A stretch of 32,000 nt of DNA from an uncultured Bacilli bacterium (GCA_934085825.1 CAKOHR010000007.1:47013-79012); one strand, 5' to 3'. Shown: positions 8,587 through 18,596, numbered from the stretch's first letter. Translations and numbers: made by a program. The notes: generated by a model not told the origin, from the sequence alone.

Positions 8587-8615
8587 ATAGGTTTTAAAAT
8601 ACCTATGTTTTTTTT
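8587..8615 (+). terminator. Rho-independent terminator closing an ORF-poor unit
   Basis: ATAGGT (8587..8592) / ACCTAT (8601..8606) followed by GTTTTTTTT. Confidence 0.6.
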
Positions 8616-8651
8616 GAAAGATATGATAGAATAAAAATGAGGTTATATATT

Positions 8652-8879
8652 ATGGATGAACTAAAAAAATATGGTGATAATATTGTTATCAATGATTATG
8701 AAATTAATGTGTTAAGTAAATGTAATATTGATGTAACTAAATGTAAAACAATTGCAGAAATTTTACTTCTTATTGATAGATATTTAGATGATTCTGATTT
8801 AGAAGATGAAGAATATGAAGAAATAGATTTTGTTGCAAATAATTTGAGTGAAAGATTGTATTATATGGGGAATAAGTAG
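8652..8879 (+). CDS. Small acidic hypothetical protein
   Basis: ATG 8652 has GAGG 8 nt upstream. The C-terminus is acidic (DDSDLEDEEYEEID). The stop abuts the next start, suggesting coupling. Confidence 0.55.
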   Translation: MDELKKYGDNIVINDYEINVLSKCNIDVTKCKTIAEILLLIDRYLDDSDLEDEEYEEIDFVANNLSERLYYMGNK

Positions 8880-8880
8880 T

Positions 8881-9759
8881 ATGAAAAAGAATAAAAAGAG
8901 ATTGTTAATTAGCATTTTGGTTCTGTTTGTTGTATCGTGTGGTGTCTTTATATTTAACATTATTGGTAATAATAACAAAGAGGAAAAAGATTTGTTTGGT
9001 ATAGAGAGTATTACAACATTAAACAATGTTGGTATAAAACTTGGTGAAGATTTTTACGTTAAACATGAAAGTGATAAGCTAGTAGTTTATGATTTTAATA
9101 ATGATGTTATTAGTGAATATGCAGATGATTTTACTGGTTATGAAATATTTGATAAAAGATTAATTATTATAAATGATGATGAAATGTCAGTAATAATTAA
9201 TAAAAATGGTACAACTTTAAAAAGTGGTGAAGTAATAATAGGTTCTCAAGATAATAAATATATTCTTGTAGATGATACAATTTATGATTATAATTTAAGA
9301 GAAATATATAAACTGGATGTAAAGGTTAATAAAGAATACAATGCATTATTTGTAAATGATCTTTTCATATATGATATATCTGATAATATTACTGAAAATG
9401 TTATAGTTGACCTTGAAGAAGAAAACGTGCTGTTGAAAGGTTTTAGTAAAAGTTATTCATTTTATTATTATGATGTAATTTATTTTGCAGTTACTTTAAA
9501 TGATATAAGTTATTTGCTGGATGTAAATACTAAAAAGATAGTTTATGAAGATATAAAAGTTGATGAAGATAATTTATATTATAATATATTTACTTATAAA
9601 GATAATACTTATTATATATCTGATAAAATATATGGAGAAAATACCAAAATAAGTGATAAATATATAATGACTAAAGATACTTGTGAAGATGGTTATAAGT
9701 TAAAAGATTTAAATGGGAAAACTATTATTGATCAATGTATGAATGGTTATAAAATTTGA
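8881..9759 (+). CDS. Hypothetical signal-anchored or lipoprotein-like protein
   Basis: MKKNKKRLLISILVLFVVSCG is a signal peptide with a possible lipobox Cys. The body is Y/D/N-rich and repetitive. ATG 8881 is preferred over the track start 8848. Confidence 0.6.
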   Translation: MKKNKKRLLISILVLFVVSCGVFIFNIIGNNNKEEKDLFGIESITTLNNVGIKLGEDFYVKHESDKLVVYDFNNDVISEYADDFTGYEIFDKRLIIINDDEMSVIINKNGTTLKSGEVIIGSQDNKYILVDDTIYDYNLREIYKLDVKVNKEYNALFVNDLFIYDISDNITENVIVDLEEENVLLKGFSKSYSFYYYDVIYFAVTLNDISYLLDVNTKKIVYEDIKVDEDNLYYNIFTYKDNTYYISDKIYGENTKISDKYIMTKDTCEDGYKLKDLNGKTIIDQCMNGYKI

Positions 9760-11374
9760 TGATGCTATTGTGGGTTTAAGTGTTAATGGTCATAGTATAT
9801 TATTTTATAAAGATAAAAAAATTGAAGGAGCAGTCTTTTCTTTACAAGGTGATTATATAAAGGTAGAAAAGTCAGTTGATTTGTTAGGTTATGGTTCTGA
9901 AAGTACTTATTATAATAAAGATTTAGAAAAAATAGATTTTGATGGAAATGCAAGTCTTTATTACATAGGTAATGGTTATTATTATAGTTATTATATTAAT
10001 GATAATAGCTATTATTTCTATGATAAAGATTTAAATAAGGTAAGTGATAAACTAAGTAGTATTATTTGTAATAAAAATACATATTGTGATGTAACTACGA
10101 ATAATTATACTCACTATTTATATAAAGATGGTAAAAAAGTATTTGAAGAAAAATTAACTAATATTAAATTAGATGATAATGAAATATTAATTGAAACTCT
10201 TTATAAGACTTATTTGTTAAAGTTAGGAAATAATAAAAATGTAAAGTTAGATTTAAGCTTTGATTATAATATAGATGTTGATAAAATTATAAGTAAATAT
10301 GATTTAAAAAAAGATGAGTCTATTATAAAACAAAATAAAGAATTGTTTATACAATATGCTTATCTTGTAGAAAATAGTAATAATCTTATGGATTATAAAA
10401 AACAAGTTTTTGATTTATTTAAGGTAATAATAGATAACTCTAAGTATCTTGATGAATTTTATTTTCTTTATAAGTTAGGAAAGCTTAATATTATTTATGA
10501 AGAAGCTACATATAATGGAAATGCTATTTCAACATATGCTGATTCTGTTACTAAAGTAAGTCTTTCATCAAGTCAAGATAGTATTATTTATCATGAACTT
10601 ATGCATTTTGTAGATTTTTCTATAAATTATAATTCTAATAATTGGCTTTATAAGTGCGATGGTAAATATAAGATTATGCCAGCTTCTGAAAATATTTATG
10701 ATGGTTGTGATTCTGTGATTATTCATTCTACAAATTATTTAACTGAGGCAGGTGCAGAAATATTTAAAGCTAAGTATTTTACAAAAGAAATTAAATCTAT
10801 TGCTTATTATTTTGCCTCAAATTATCTTGAAGGTCTAGAATATATATTTGGCTCAGAAGAAATAAATAAGTGGTATTTTGGTGATGTTAATAATTTCTAT
10901 ATTGCACTTCTTAATGATTATGAAAATGTGGATATAGTAAATAAAATAATTGATGCTTTAAATTCAACAACATCTTTAGAAGAAGGTTCAAATTCTAATG
11001 TCGGTTATTTGCTTGATATATTAATTGATTTATATAAAAAACATATTGGTAATGATTATTTAAGTGATAAGAAATTTTCATTTATACTAAAATCAATGAG
11101 TGATAATGATTATATAAATACTTCAAAATACTATAATGAATTTAAATCTGTTTTAGATATGGATTATGGTTCTTTAAACGAATTAAAAGAAAAGACTGGA
11201 TATGATATGTATGGTAATTCCATTGATCCTGTTATTATTGATAATAAAATGTATCTTAGTTGGAATGTTTCAAATAAATTAGTAGCTAAGTGTGCTGTTA
11301 TTTGGATAAATTATGACTTTGATAATGATAAAGTTACTGATTATATTGTTATAGAAGAAAATATTAAAAGTTAA
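9743..11374 (+). CDS. Hypothetical protein with HExxH metalloprotease-like motif
   Basis: The N-terminal part continues the Y/D/N-rich repeats of the upstream ORF. The C-terminal half contains IIYHELMHFVD (HExxH). No RBS precedes ATG 9743, so this may be the 3' part of a frameshifted gene. Confidence 0.5.
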   Translation: MVIKFDDAIVGLSVNGHSILFYKDKKIEGAVFSLQGDYIKVEKSVDLLGYGSESTYYNKDLEKIDFDGNASLYYIGNGYYYSYYINDNSYYFYDKDLNKVSDKLSSIICNKNTYCDVTTNNYTHYLYKDGKKVFEEKLTNIKLDDNEILIETLYKTYLLKLGNNKNVKLDLSFDYNIDVDKIISKYDLKKDESIIKQNKELFIQYAYLVENSNNLMDYKKQVFDLFKVIIDNSKYLDEFYFLYKLGKLNIIYEEATYNGNAISTYADSVTKVSLSSSQDSIIYHELMHFVDFSINYNSNNWLYKCDGKYKIMPASENIYDGCDSVIIHSTNYLTEAGAEIFKAKYFTKEIKSIAYYFASNYLEGLEYIFGSEEINKWYFGDVNNFYIALLNDYENVDIVNKIIDALNSTTSLEEGSNSNVGYLLDILIDLYKKHIGNDYLSDKKFSFILKSMSDNDYINTSKYYNEFKSVLDMDYGSLNELKEKTGYDMYGNSIDPVIIDNKMYLSWNVSNKLVAKCAVIWINYDFDNDKVTDYIVIEENIKS

Positions 11375-11385
11375 TTATAGAAAAA

Positions 11386-11415
11386 GTTACTAGTATTTAC
11401 TAGTGGCTTTTTTTT
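11386..11415 (+). terminator. Rho-independent terminator
   Basis: GTTACTAGT / ACTAGTGGC stem (two G-U pairs) followed by T8. Confidence 0.7.
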
Positions 11416-11546
11416 GATGTAAAATGCTTATATACTAGAGAAAATATCCAGTGTGATATTGTTATGTATGGAGGATATGAAAAAGAAAATATTGATTTTA
11501 TCAGCTTTTATTTTATTACTTGGAGTTGTAATTATATATCATAATT
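11414..11546 (+). repeat. Leader plus signal-anchor repeat, copy 1
   Basis: Shares ttgatg-aaaat-gct-atata-agag-aatatccagtgtgatattgttat-atgg-gg-a-atgaaaaagaaaatattgattttatc with 19580..19714. Contains the palindrome AATATC-CAGTGT-GATATT at 11443..11460. Confidence 0.75.
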
Positions 11547-11662
11547 AAAGTAAGGATAATGTATTAGAGGATATTAAATCTAAAGTTATAAAAAATGAAA
11601 ATACATTATCTATGATGCTAGAAACTGAAGCTGGTTCTGGAAATTATGATAAATTAAGTTAA
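11477..11662 (+). pseudogene. Truncated 5' remnant of a DGR-target-family surface protein gene (in-frame stop at 11546..11548)
   Basis: MKKKILILSAFILLLGVVIIYHN*SKDNVLEDIKSKVIKNENTLSMMLETEAGSGNYDKLS* aligns with the N-terminus of target 1 (MKRKKVIILSSFTIILLVFVIILYSS...SVSMMLETKAGSGNYEVS). Only ~60 codons remain. Confidence 0.65.
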
Positions 11663-11663
11663 A

Positions 11664-11688
11664 AGCATGGCACTGTCCATGTTTTTTT
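11664..11688 (+). terminator. Rho-independent terminator after the gene remnant
   Basis: AGCATGG / CCATGTT stem with loop CACTGT, followed by a T-run. Confidence 0.6.
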
Positions 11689-11724
11689 GGTATAATTAAA
11701 GAAGAATTGAGGTAAAAATATAAA

Positions 11725-13866
11725 ATGAAAGAAGAAGTAATAAGTAAAGTAAGTAAAAAGATTAATTTGAAAGAATATCAAATTAAGAATGTAATTGAGA
11801 TGTTAAGTGAAGGCGCAACCATACCATTTATGGCTCGTTATAGAAAAGAAGTAACTGGAAATTTAAATGAAGATGAACTTAGACTTATTGAAACAGAATA
11901 TAACTATATGGTTAATTTGGAAAACAGAAAAGAAGATGTTAAAAGATTAATTGATGAAAAGGGGATGCTTACTGATGAAATAGTTAAAGCTATTGATGAA
12001 GCAACTAAATTAAGTGAAGTTGAAGATATTTATACTCCATTTAAAGAAAAGAGAAAAACTAAAGGTACTGAAGCTATTAAACTTGGACTTGAACCTTTAG
12101 CTAAGATCATTATGAGTTTACCAAATAAAACTAGAGATGAAGTTGCTAAAGACTTTATTAATGAAAACGTTAAGACTGTTGATGAAGCCATTACTAACGC
12201 TGGATATATTATTGCTGATTGGATAAGTGATAAGCCTAAATATAGAAAAGCTATTAGAAATTATTATTGGTATAATGGTTTAGTTAAAGGTAAAATCAAA
12301 AAGAATGCTGTTGATGTAAATAAGACATATGAAATATATTATGATTTTGAATGTAAAATAACTAGTATTAAACCACATCAAGTACTTGCACTTGCACGTG
12401 CTGATAAGGAAAAGGTTGTTACATATTCACTTAGTTTGGATAAAGCTGGGGTTATTAAATACTTAGAAGAACAAGTTATTGGTGGTAAATCATCACCACT
12501 TGTAGATGATATGAAAGTATTTATTGAAGATGCTTGGAAAAGACTTTTGGAACCTTCTTTGGAAAGAGATATTAAAGCAGAACTTTATGATAAAGCAAGT
12601 GAATTTGGAATTAATGAATTTGGCAATAATCTAGAAAATTTACTTCTTACACCACCAATTAAGGAAAGTATAGTACTAGGATTTGATCCAGCTTTTAGAA
12701 CTGGTTGTAAGCTTGCTGTCTTAAGTGAAAATGGAGAAGTTTTAGAAATTGGGGTAATTTATCCACATGAGCCTAAAAAAGAAGTTGATATGGCTGAAAA
12801 AATAATGCTCGCTTTAATTCAAAAACATAATGTTAAGATAATTGCTATTGGTAATGGTACTGCTTCACGTGAAAGTGAAATGTTTGTAGCTAACCTTATA
12901 AAAAAATATAATCTTGATATAAAATATGTTATTGTTAGTGAAGCTGGTGCTAGTGTTTATTCAGCAAGTCCACTTGCTAAGAAAGAGTTTCCTGATTATT
13001 CTGTTGAACAAAGAAGTGCTGTTTCAATTGGCCGTAGACTTCAAGATGCTTTATCAGAACTTGTTAAGATTGACCCAAAGAGTATTGGGGTAGGTTTATA
13101 TCAACACGATTTAAAACAAAAAGAACTTGATGAGGAACTAGGATTTGTAGTTAGTAAAGTTGTTAATGAAGTTGGTGTTAATTTAAATAATGCTAGTGAT
13201 AGTATTTTAGGTTATGTATCTGGTTTAAATAAAAAAGTGATTGGTAAGATGCAAGAATATAAAAAGAAAAATGGCGGTTTTACATCACGTGAAGAATTAA
13301 AGAAAGTATCTGGTATGGATGATAAAATATTTGAACAATCGGCAGGATTCCTACGGATATTTGGAAATAATCCATTAGATAAAACTAATATACATCCAGA
13401 AGATTATGAAATTGTTAATAAAATATTAAGTGATAATAATATTGATGTAAAGCTAGTTGGAACTAAAGATATGGAAAGTAAACTAGCTAATATTAAAGAT
13501 GAAGCTATTACAAGTAAGTATAATATTAGTAACGAAAAATGGGAAAGCTTTAAAAATAACTTAGTAAGTGGTGTTATTGATCCCCGTGATGATGTTAAAC
13601 AAATGAGGCTTAGAAGTGATGTTTTGACAATAGATGATTTAGAGCTTGGTATGAGTTTAGAAGGTACAGTTAGAAATGTTACTGCATTTGGTGCTTTTAT
13701 TGATATTGGCCTGCATGATGATGGTTTAGTACATATTTCTAAAATGAGTAAATCATATGTTAAACATCCTAGTGAAATATTAAAAGTTGGAGATATTATT
13801 ACTGTTTATGTTATTAGTATTGATAAAGAAAAAGGAAGAGTTAATTTATCTTTAATTGAGGAGTAA
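11725..13866 (+). CDS. tex: Tex-like transcription accessory protein (S1 RNA-binding domain protein)
   Basis: N-terminal GATIPFMARYRKEVTGNLNEDELR, a YqgF/RuvC-like centre (GFDPAFRTGCKLAV), an HhH region and a C-terminal S1 domain (GTVRNVTAFGAFIDIGLHDDGLVHISKMS). Confidence 0.92.
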   Translation: MKEEVISKVSKKINLKEYQIKNVIEMLSEGATIPFMARYRKEVTGNLNEDELRLIETEYNYMVNLENRKEDVKRLIDEKGMLTDEIVKAIDEATKLSEVEDIYTPFKEKRKTKGTEAIKLGLEPLAKIIMSLPNKTRDEVAKDFINENVKTVDEAITNAGYIIADWISDKPKYRKAIRNYYWYNGLVKGKIKKNAVDVNKTYEIYYDFECKITSIKPHQVLALARADKEKVVTYSLSLDKAGVIKYLEEQVIGGKSSPLVDDMKVFIEDAWKRLLEPSLERDIKAELYDKASEFGINEFGNNLENLLLTPPIKESIVLGFDPAFRTGCKLAVLSENGEVLEIGVIYPHEPKKEVDMAEKIMLALIQKHNVKIIAIGNGTASRESEMFVANLIKKYNLDIKYVIVSEAGASVYSASPLAKKEFPDYSVEQRSAVSIGRRLQDALSELVKIDPKSIGVGLYQHDLKQKELDEELGFVVSKVVNEVGVNLNNASDSILGYVSGLNKKVIGKMQEYKKKNGGFTSREELKKVSGMDDKIFEQSAGFLRIFGNNPLDKTNIHPEDYEIVNKILSDNNIDVKLVGTKDMESKLANIKDEAITSKYNISNEKWESFKNNLVSGVIDPRDDVKQMRLRSDVLTIDDLELGMSLEGTVRNVTAFGAFIDIGLHDDGLVHISKMSKSYVKHPSEILKVGDIITVYVISIDKEKGRVNLSLIEE

Positions 13867-13869
13867 ATT

Positions 13870-14565
13870 ATGAAATTAATATTTAGATTAATTAAAATTG
13901 TTATTATATTTTTATTAATTGGTGGTTGTTTTTATCTTCTTATAAATAAAACATTTATTTATGATAATTATAAAACGGAAATAATGGAAAGTGATGGCAT
14001 ACCTCTAAAGAAATTTATGTATGTTGTTGATAATGATGATAGTAATGAAGCTAAGTTTTATACATTATTATCTAATAGTACATTAGGTAATAAGAAAAAA
14101 AGCTATTTAAATGATTTGGAATCATGCTATGGAAATTATTATTATGATGAAAGAAATAATATTACTATTACTAAATATGATATTATTGATAAAAAATATT
14201 ATAGAGAAGTTGATATTAATTATGTAGGTGATAATTATTGTAGCCAAGATTATAAACTTAGTGATATGTGGATTTATGATTATATTAATAAAAGTGCTTA
14301 TTTAACTGGTGATATTACAGAAAAAAATATGACTGTTTTAGTTGATAAAATATATAAAAGCAAAAATATAGAACCAGATGTAAGAGATTATAATAGTGAA
14401 TATAGTTATAAAGTTAATTGCGAAAATAATGAAGAGAAGTATACTTTAATTTTTGAAGATTTTGGCGAAAATGAGTTACTTGTCAAACGTGAAGTGAGTG
14501 GCAATACTAAGTTCGCAGTTTATGAAATTGAAAATGTTAAAGAATATTTGAAAAGTTTAAAATAA
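13870..14565 (+). CDS. Hypothetical membrane-anchored protein
   Basis: N-terminal TM segment (IVIIFLLIGGCFYLLI). No recognisable domain. The start lies 3 nt after the tex stop. Confidence 0.6.
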   Translation: MKLIFRLIKIVIIFLLIGGCFYLLINKTFIYDNYKTEIMESDGIPLKKFMYVVDNDDSNEAKFYTLLSNSTLGNKKKSYLNDLESCYGNYYYDERNNITITKYDIIDKKYYREVDINYVGDNYCSQDYKLSDMWIYDYINKSAYLTGDITEKNMTVLVDKIYKSKNIEPDVRDYNSEYSYKVNCENNEEKYTLIFEDFGENELLVKREVSGNTKFAVYEIENVKEYLKSLK

Positions 14566-14567
14566 AA

Positions 14568-14594
14568 AAGCTAAGCGTTAAGCCTAGCTTTTTT
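14568..14594 (+). terminator. Rho-independent terminator
   Basis: AAGCTAAGC / GCCTAGCTT stem (one mismatch) with loop GTTAA, followed by a T-run. Confidence 0.65.
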
Positions 14595-14740
14595 GGTGTG
14601 AGCTAAACATCAAAAGGTCAAAAACCTTTGGTAAAATATGAAAAAGAGATGTTTCTCACATATTAATTATATGTGATATTAATGTTATTGTCAAATTAAA
14701 AAGAAGTGTGATATAATTTATCTGAAGGATGGTGTTTTAA

Positions 14741-15391
14741 ATGGATACAATTTGTAGATATTTTTTGTATTTCATTATATATTCGATGATAGGTTGGTTT
14801 ATGGAAGTATGTGTATCACTTTGGAATAAACATAAATTTATAAATAGAGGTTTTTTAATAGGGCCTTATTGTCCGATTTATGGATGGGGTTCACTTGCAA
14901 TTATACTAGTAGTAGGACAAAATACTTCTGATGTGTTAGCTGTATTTTTAAAAGCAATTTTAATTTGTTCTTTACTTGAATATTTTACTAGTTATTTTAT
15001 GGAAAAAATATATAATGTTAGATGGTGGGATTATTCAAATAAAAAATTTAATATTAATGGAAGAATATGTTTGGAAACAATGGTTCCTTTTGGGATTCTT
15101 GCACTTCTAATAATATATGTTGTACATCCTATTATAATAAAATTTGTAGGATTACTTTCTCCGCTTGCTTTAATTATAGTGTCAACTTTAATATTTATTA
15201 TCTATTTTGTTGATAATGTTATCTCAACATTTATTTTATTCAAAATTAAAGGGAAAATTAAAAGCGAGAAAAAGGATAATACTGAAAAAATAAAAAAATA
15301 TATTGAAAAATGGTTTCAAGATAATTCAATATTATATCGTAGAATTAAAAATGCATTTCCAAAATTTGAAATATTTAAAAAAATCAAATAA
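14741..15391 (+). CDS. DUF1113-type membrane protein (annotated in databases as putative ABC-transporter type IV)
   Basis: FLYFIIYSMIGWFMEV...NRGFLIGPYCPIYGWG is the characteristic N-terminal motif of this family. Multiple TM segments. Confidence 0.7.
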   Translation: MDTICRYFLYFIIYSMIGWFMEVCVSLWNKHKFINRGFLIGPYCPIYGWGSLAIILVVGQNTSDVLAVFLKAILICSLLEYFTSYFMEKIYNVRWWDYSNKKFNINGRICLETMVPFGILALLIIYVVHPIIIKFVGLLSPLALIIVSTLIFIIYFVDNVISTFILFKIKGKIKSEKKDNTEKIKKYIEKWFQDNSILYRRIKNAFPKFEIFKKIK

Positions 15392-15452
15392 ACTTTATTT
15401 ACAAAAACTTCTTTTAATGATAGAATAACTATTCGTTAAAGGGAGTTTTTTT

Positions 15453-16220
15453 ATGCAAAAAGTGTATGGATTTACAAATGAGTTCATAGCGGCTTATCCA
15501 GAAATTTATAATTTTGAAAATGCTGATGTTTTAAGTGTATTAGGTAGTGGTGATCAGTATTTTATGTCTGTTTTAGCTGGAGCTAAGGATGTCACACTTT
15601 TTGATATTAATATAAATGCTTGGTATCATTTTGTTTTGAAATTTATGGCTATTAGACGTTTGTCTTATGAGGAGTTTTGGCAATTTTTTATAACTGACAA
15701 TTTAAATAATTTAAAATTATATTCTAAAATTTGTGAATATTTGCCAAAAGATGTAAAAAAATTTTTTGATATTATGAAATTTACTTGTTTGAAATTTTCA
15801 AATATTAAAATAAGGGCTACATTTTTGGATTGCCTAAAAAAAGAAGATTATTTGAGAATGTTACCATATTTAAATGAAGATAATTATTATAAATTACAAG
15901 AATTACTTAATAAAAAAGAACTTCCAAAGTGTTATATTAAAGATTTTGTGGAAATTGCTTTAAGTAAAGAAAGAAAAGATTACGATTTATTACTTTTATC
16001 AAATATTTATCATTGGATGGATTTTACTCCATATGATTTTATGACTTTATTAAATCAGTTTGATCCATGCATTATTCAAGCTTTATATTCTTGGCATTAT
16101 AGTAAAGAAATTGAAAATTTTATAAATTTAGGTTTTGACCTTGTAAAAGTTCCTGCGGTAAAACCTACAGTGTTTAATGATGGTGTAAATTATGTGTTGA
16201 CATATAAAAGGTCAAAGTGA
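15453..16220 (+). CDS. Hypothetical protein, weak SAM-dependent methyltransferase-like features
   Basis: VLSVLGSGDQYF...DVTLFDIN resembles a Rossmann glycine loop plus acidic residue. The functional assignment is weak. GGGAG RBS lies upstream. Confidence 0.5.
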   Translation: MQKVYGFTNEFIAAYPEIYNFENADVLSVLGSGDQYFMSVLAGAKDVTLFDININAWYHFVLKFMAIRRLSYEEFWQFFITDNLNNLKLYSKICEYLPKDVKKFFDIMKFTCLKFSNIKIRATFLDCLKKEDYLRMLPYLNEDNYYKLQELLNKKELPKCYIKDFVEIALSKERKDYDLLLLSNIYHWMDFTPYDFMTLLNQFDPCIIQALYSWHYSKEIENFINLGFDLVKVPAVKPTVFNDGVNYVLTYKRSK

Positions 16221-16274
16221 TGCAAATTATTGCATTTTCTAGGGATAGATAATATAATAAGATAGGTGATTTAG

Positions 16275-17612
16275 ATGTACGAAAATAAGAAAATATTAAT
16301 TTTAGGAGCTGCTAAGAGTGGAATAGCAGTTGCAAGACTGTTAGCAGGAAAAAATAATAATATTATTTTAACTGATTTAAATGAAATTAATGAAGAAGTA
16401 TCTAGAGAGTTAGAGTCTTTAGGAGTAAAAATAGTTATAACAAAAAATCAATTAGATCTTTTGGACGAATCATGGGATTTAATAATTAAAAATCCGGCGA
16501 TTATGTCAACGAGCGCTCTTATAAAAAAGTGTGGAGAATTAAATTTAAGAGTAGAAAATGAAATGGAAGTTGCTTATCATTTTTTGCCTAATGATATAAA
16601 GATTCTTGGTGTTACTGGTTCTAATGGAAAAACTACTACTACAACGATGTTATATAATATGTTGATGCTTTCTGGATATAGTGTTGTGCTTGGAGGAAAT
16701 ATAGGTACACCCTTAACAGATTTGCTTGGAAATATTAAATCAGGTGATATTTTACTTTTGGAAATAAGCGATCATCAATTATGTGATTTTCATGATTTTA
16801 AAACTGATATTAGTGTGCTTACAAATATTTGTCCTACTCATTTAGATTATCATGGATCTTATGAGCATTACATGATGACTAAGAAGAATGTATTTAATAA
16901 TCATACTGAGAAAGAAATTGCTATTATAAATAAGGACAATGAAGATGCTTGTAAAGTTAGTAGCGATATTAAATCCACTAAGGTTTACTTTAGTAAGTTT
17001 GATAAAACTTGTAAAACTTATTATGAAAATGGCAATATTTATTTAAATGGTAAACATGTTTTAGATGCTTCTGAAATTGGTGTGCCAGGTGAACATAATA
17101 TAGAAAATGTTATGGCAGCCTTAAGTGCAGCTAGTTATTTTGATTTAGATATGGATAAAATAAAAGAATTTTTGCGTTCTTTTGGTGGGGTAGAACATCG
17201 TTTGGAATTTGTTAAAAATATTGATGGCGTAGAATATTATAATGACAGTAAATCTACAAATCCTACTTCGACTATAACAGCTTTAAAAACTTTTAATAAA
17301 AATGTTCATCTAATTCTTGGAGGACTTAATCGTAATCAAGATTATCATGAATTAGATAAATATATGAAAAATGTTGTTTATATTTATGCTATTGGTGGTA
17401 CAACTGATGCTGTTGCAGATTATGCAAAAGAACTTAATATTCCTTGTTTTAAAGGTTATACTTTAGCAAAAGCAATGGAATTTTTAAAAAATAATGTATC
17501 TAGTGGGGAAGTTGTTTTGCTTTCTCCTGGTGCTTCAAGTCAAGACCAATATCCTCATTTTGAAGATAGAGGTAATGAATTTAAAAATATTGTTAATGAA
17601 ATAAAAGCGTAA
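16275..17612 (+). CDS. murD: UDP-N-acetylmuramoylalanine--D-glutamate ligase
   Basis: ILGAAKSGIAVARLL, GVTGSNGKTTTTTM P-loop, NIENVMAA, GVEHRLEF, YNDSKSTNP. Confidence 0.92.
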   Translation: MYENKKILILGAAKSGIAVARLLAGKNNNIILTDLNEINEEVSRELESLGVKIVITKNQLDLLDESWDLIIKNPAIMSTSALIKKCGELNLRVENEMEVAYHFLPNDIKILGVTGSNGKTTTTTMLYNMLMLSGYSVVLGGNIGTPLTDLLGNIKSGDILLLEISDHQLCDFHDFKTDISVLTNICPTHLDYHGSYEHYMMTKKNVFNNHTEKEIAIINKDNEDACKVSSDIKSTKVYFSKFDKTCKTYYENGNIYLNGKHVLDASEIGVPGEHNIENVMAALSAASYFDLDMDKIKEFLRSFGGVEHRLEFVKNIDGVEYYNDSKSTNPTSTITALKTFNKNVHLILGGLNRNQDYHELDKYMKNVVYIYAIGGTTDAVADYAKELNIPCFKGYTLAKAMEFLKNNVSSGEVVLLSPGASSQDQYPHFEDRGNEFKNIVNEIKA

Positions 17613-17699
17613 ATTGATAATGATTTATGCTTTTTCTATTATCATAAATTATTGCTTTTTTCAGTATTTTTGTTATAATTTAATAGGTGGTAGATAATT

Positions 17700-18593
17700 A
17701 TGAAATATTTAATTAATGCTTTTTGGGGATTTTGTATGGCACTAGCTGATAGTGTTCCAGGTGTAAGTGGTGGTACTATTGCATTTATTTTGGGCTTTTA
17801 TGATAAGTTTATAAATGCTTTAAATGATGTATTTTATGGAGATATGGCAAAGAAGAAATCTGCTATATGGTTTTTGTTTAAACTTGGAACTGGATGGGTT
17901 GTGGGGCTTAGTTTAGCAACTTTGGTACTTACAAGTTTATTTGAAAGTAAGATATATGCTGTAAGTTCTTTATTTTTAGGTTTTATTATATTTTCTATAC
18001 CTTTAATTATTAAAGAAGAAAAAGAAAATATAAAAGGAAAGTATAAGAATATTATATTTACTATAATTGGAATATTAATTGTTTCTTTGATTACTTACTT
18101 TAATCCAATTTCTGGTGGTTCTAGTGTTAATATTGCTAATTTAAATTTCGGCCTCGGTATATATATTTTACTAGTTGGTATGGTTGCTATAAGTGCCATG
18201 GTATTACCTGGAATATCTGGTTCTACGTTGCTACTTATTTTTGGATTATATATTCCAATTATTAGTGCTATTAAAGAATTTTTGCATTTAAATTTTACTT
18301 ATTTTCCAGCACTTCTTTGTTTTGGTTTGGGAGTTCTTTTAGGTATTGCTTTAGTTATTAAATTAATAAAGATTGCTTTGGAAAAACATCGTAGTGCTAC
18401 AGTATATTTAATACTTGGATTAATGATTGGTTCATTGTATGCAATTGTTATGGGACCAACAACTCTTGAAGTTCCTAAAGATGCTATGAGTTTTGAAACT
18501 TTTAATATTTTTTACTTTATAATTGGGGGCTTAGTTATATTTGGCTTGGAAAAAATTAAAGAATTATTAGAAAAAAAGCATATTGAAGGTTAA
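17700..18593 (+). CDS. DUF368 family membrane protein (candidate undecaprenyl-phosphate translocase family)
   Basis: Duplicated signature ADSVPGVSGGTIAFILGFY and LPGISGSTLLLIFGLY. Polytopic. Confidence 0.85.
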   Translation: MKYLINAFWGFCMALADSVPGVSGGTIAFILGFYDKFINALNDVFYGDMAKKKSAIWFLFKLGTGWVVGLSLATLVLTSLFESKIYAVSSLFLGFIIFSIPLIIKEEKENIKGKYKNIIFTIIGILIVSLITYFNPISGGSSVNIANLNFGLGIYILLVGMVAISAMVLPGISGSTLLLIFGLYIPIISAIKEFLHLNFTYFPALLCFGLGVLLGIALVIKLIKIALEKHRSATVYLILGLMIGSLYAIVMGPTTLEVPKDAMSFETFNIFYFIIGGLVIFGLEKIKELLEKKHIEG

Positions 18594-18596
18594 TTT

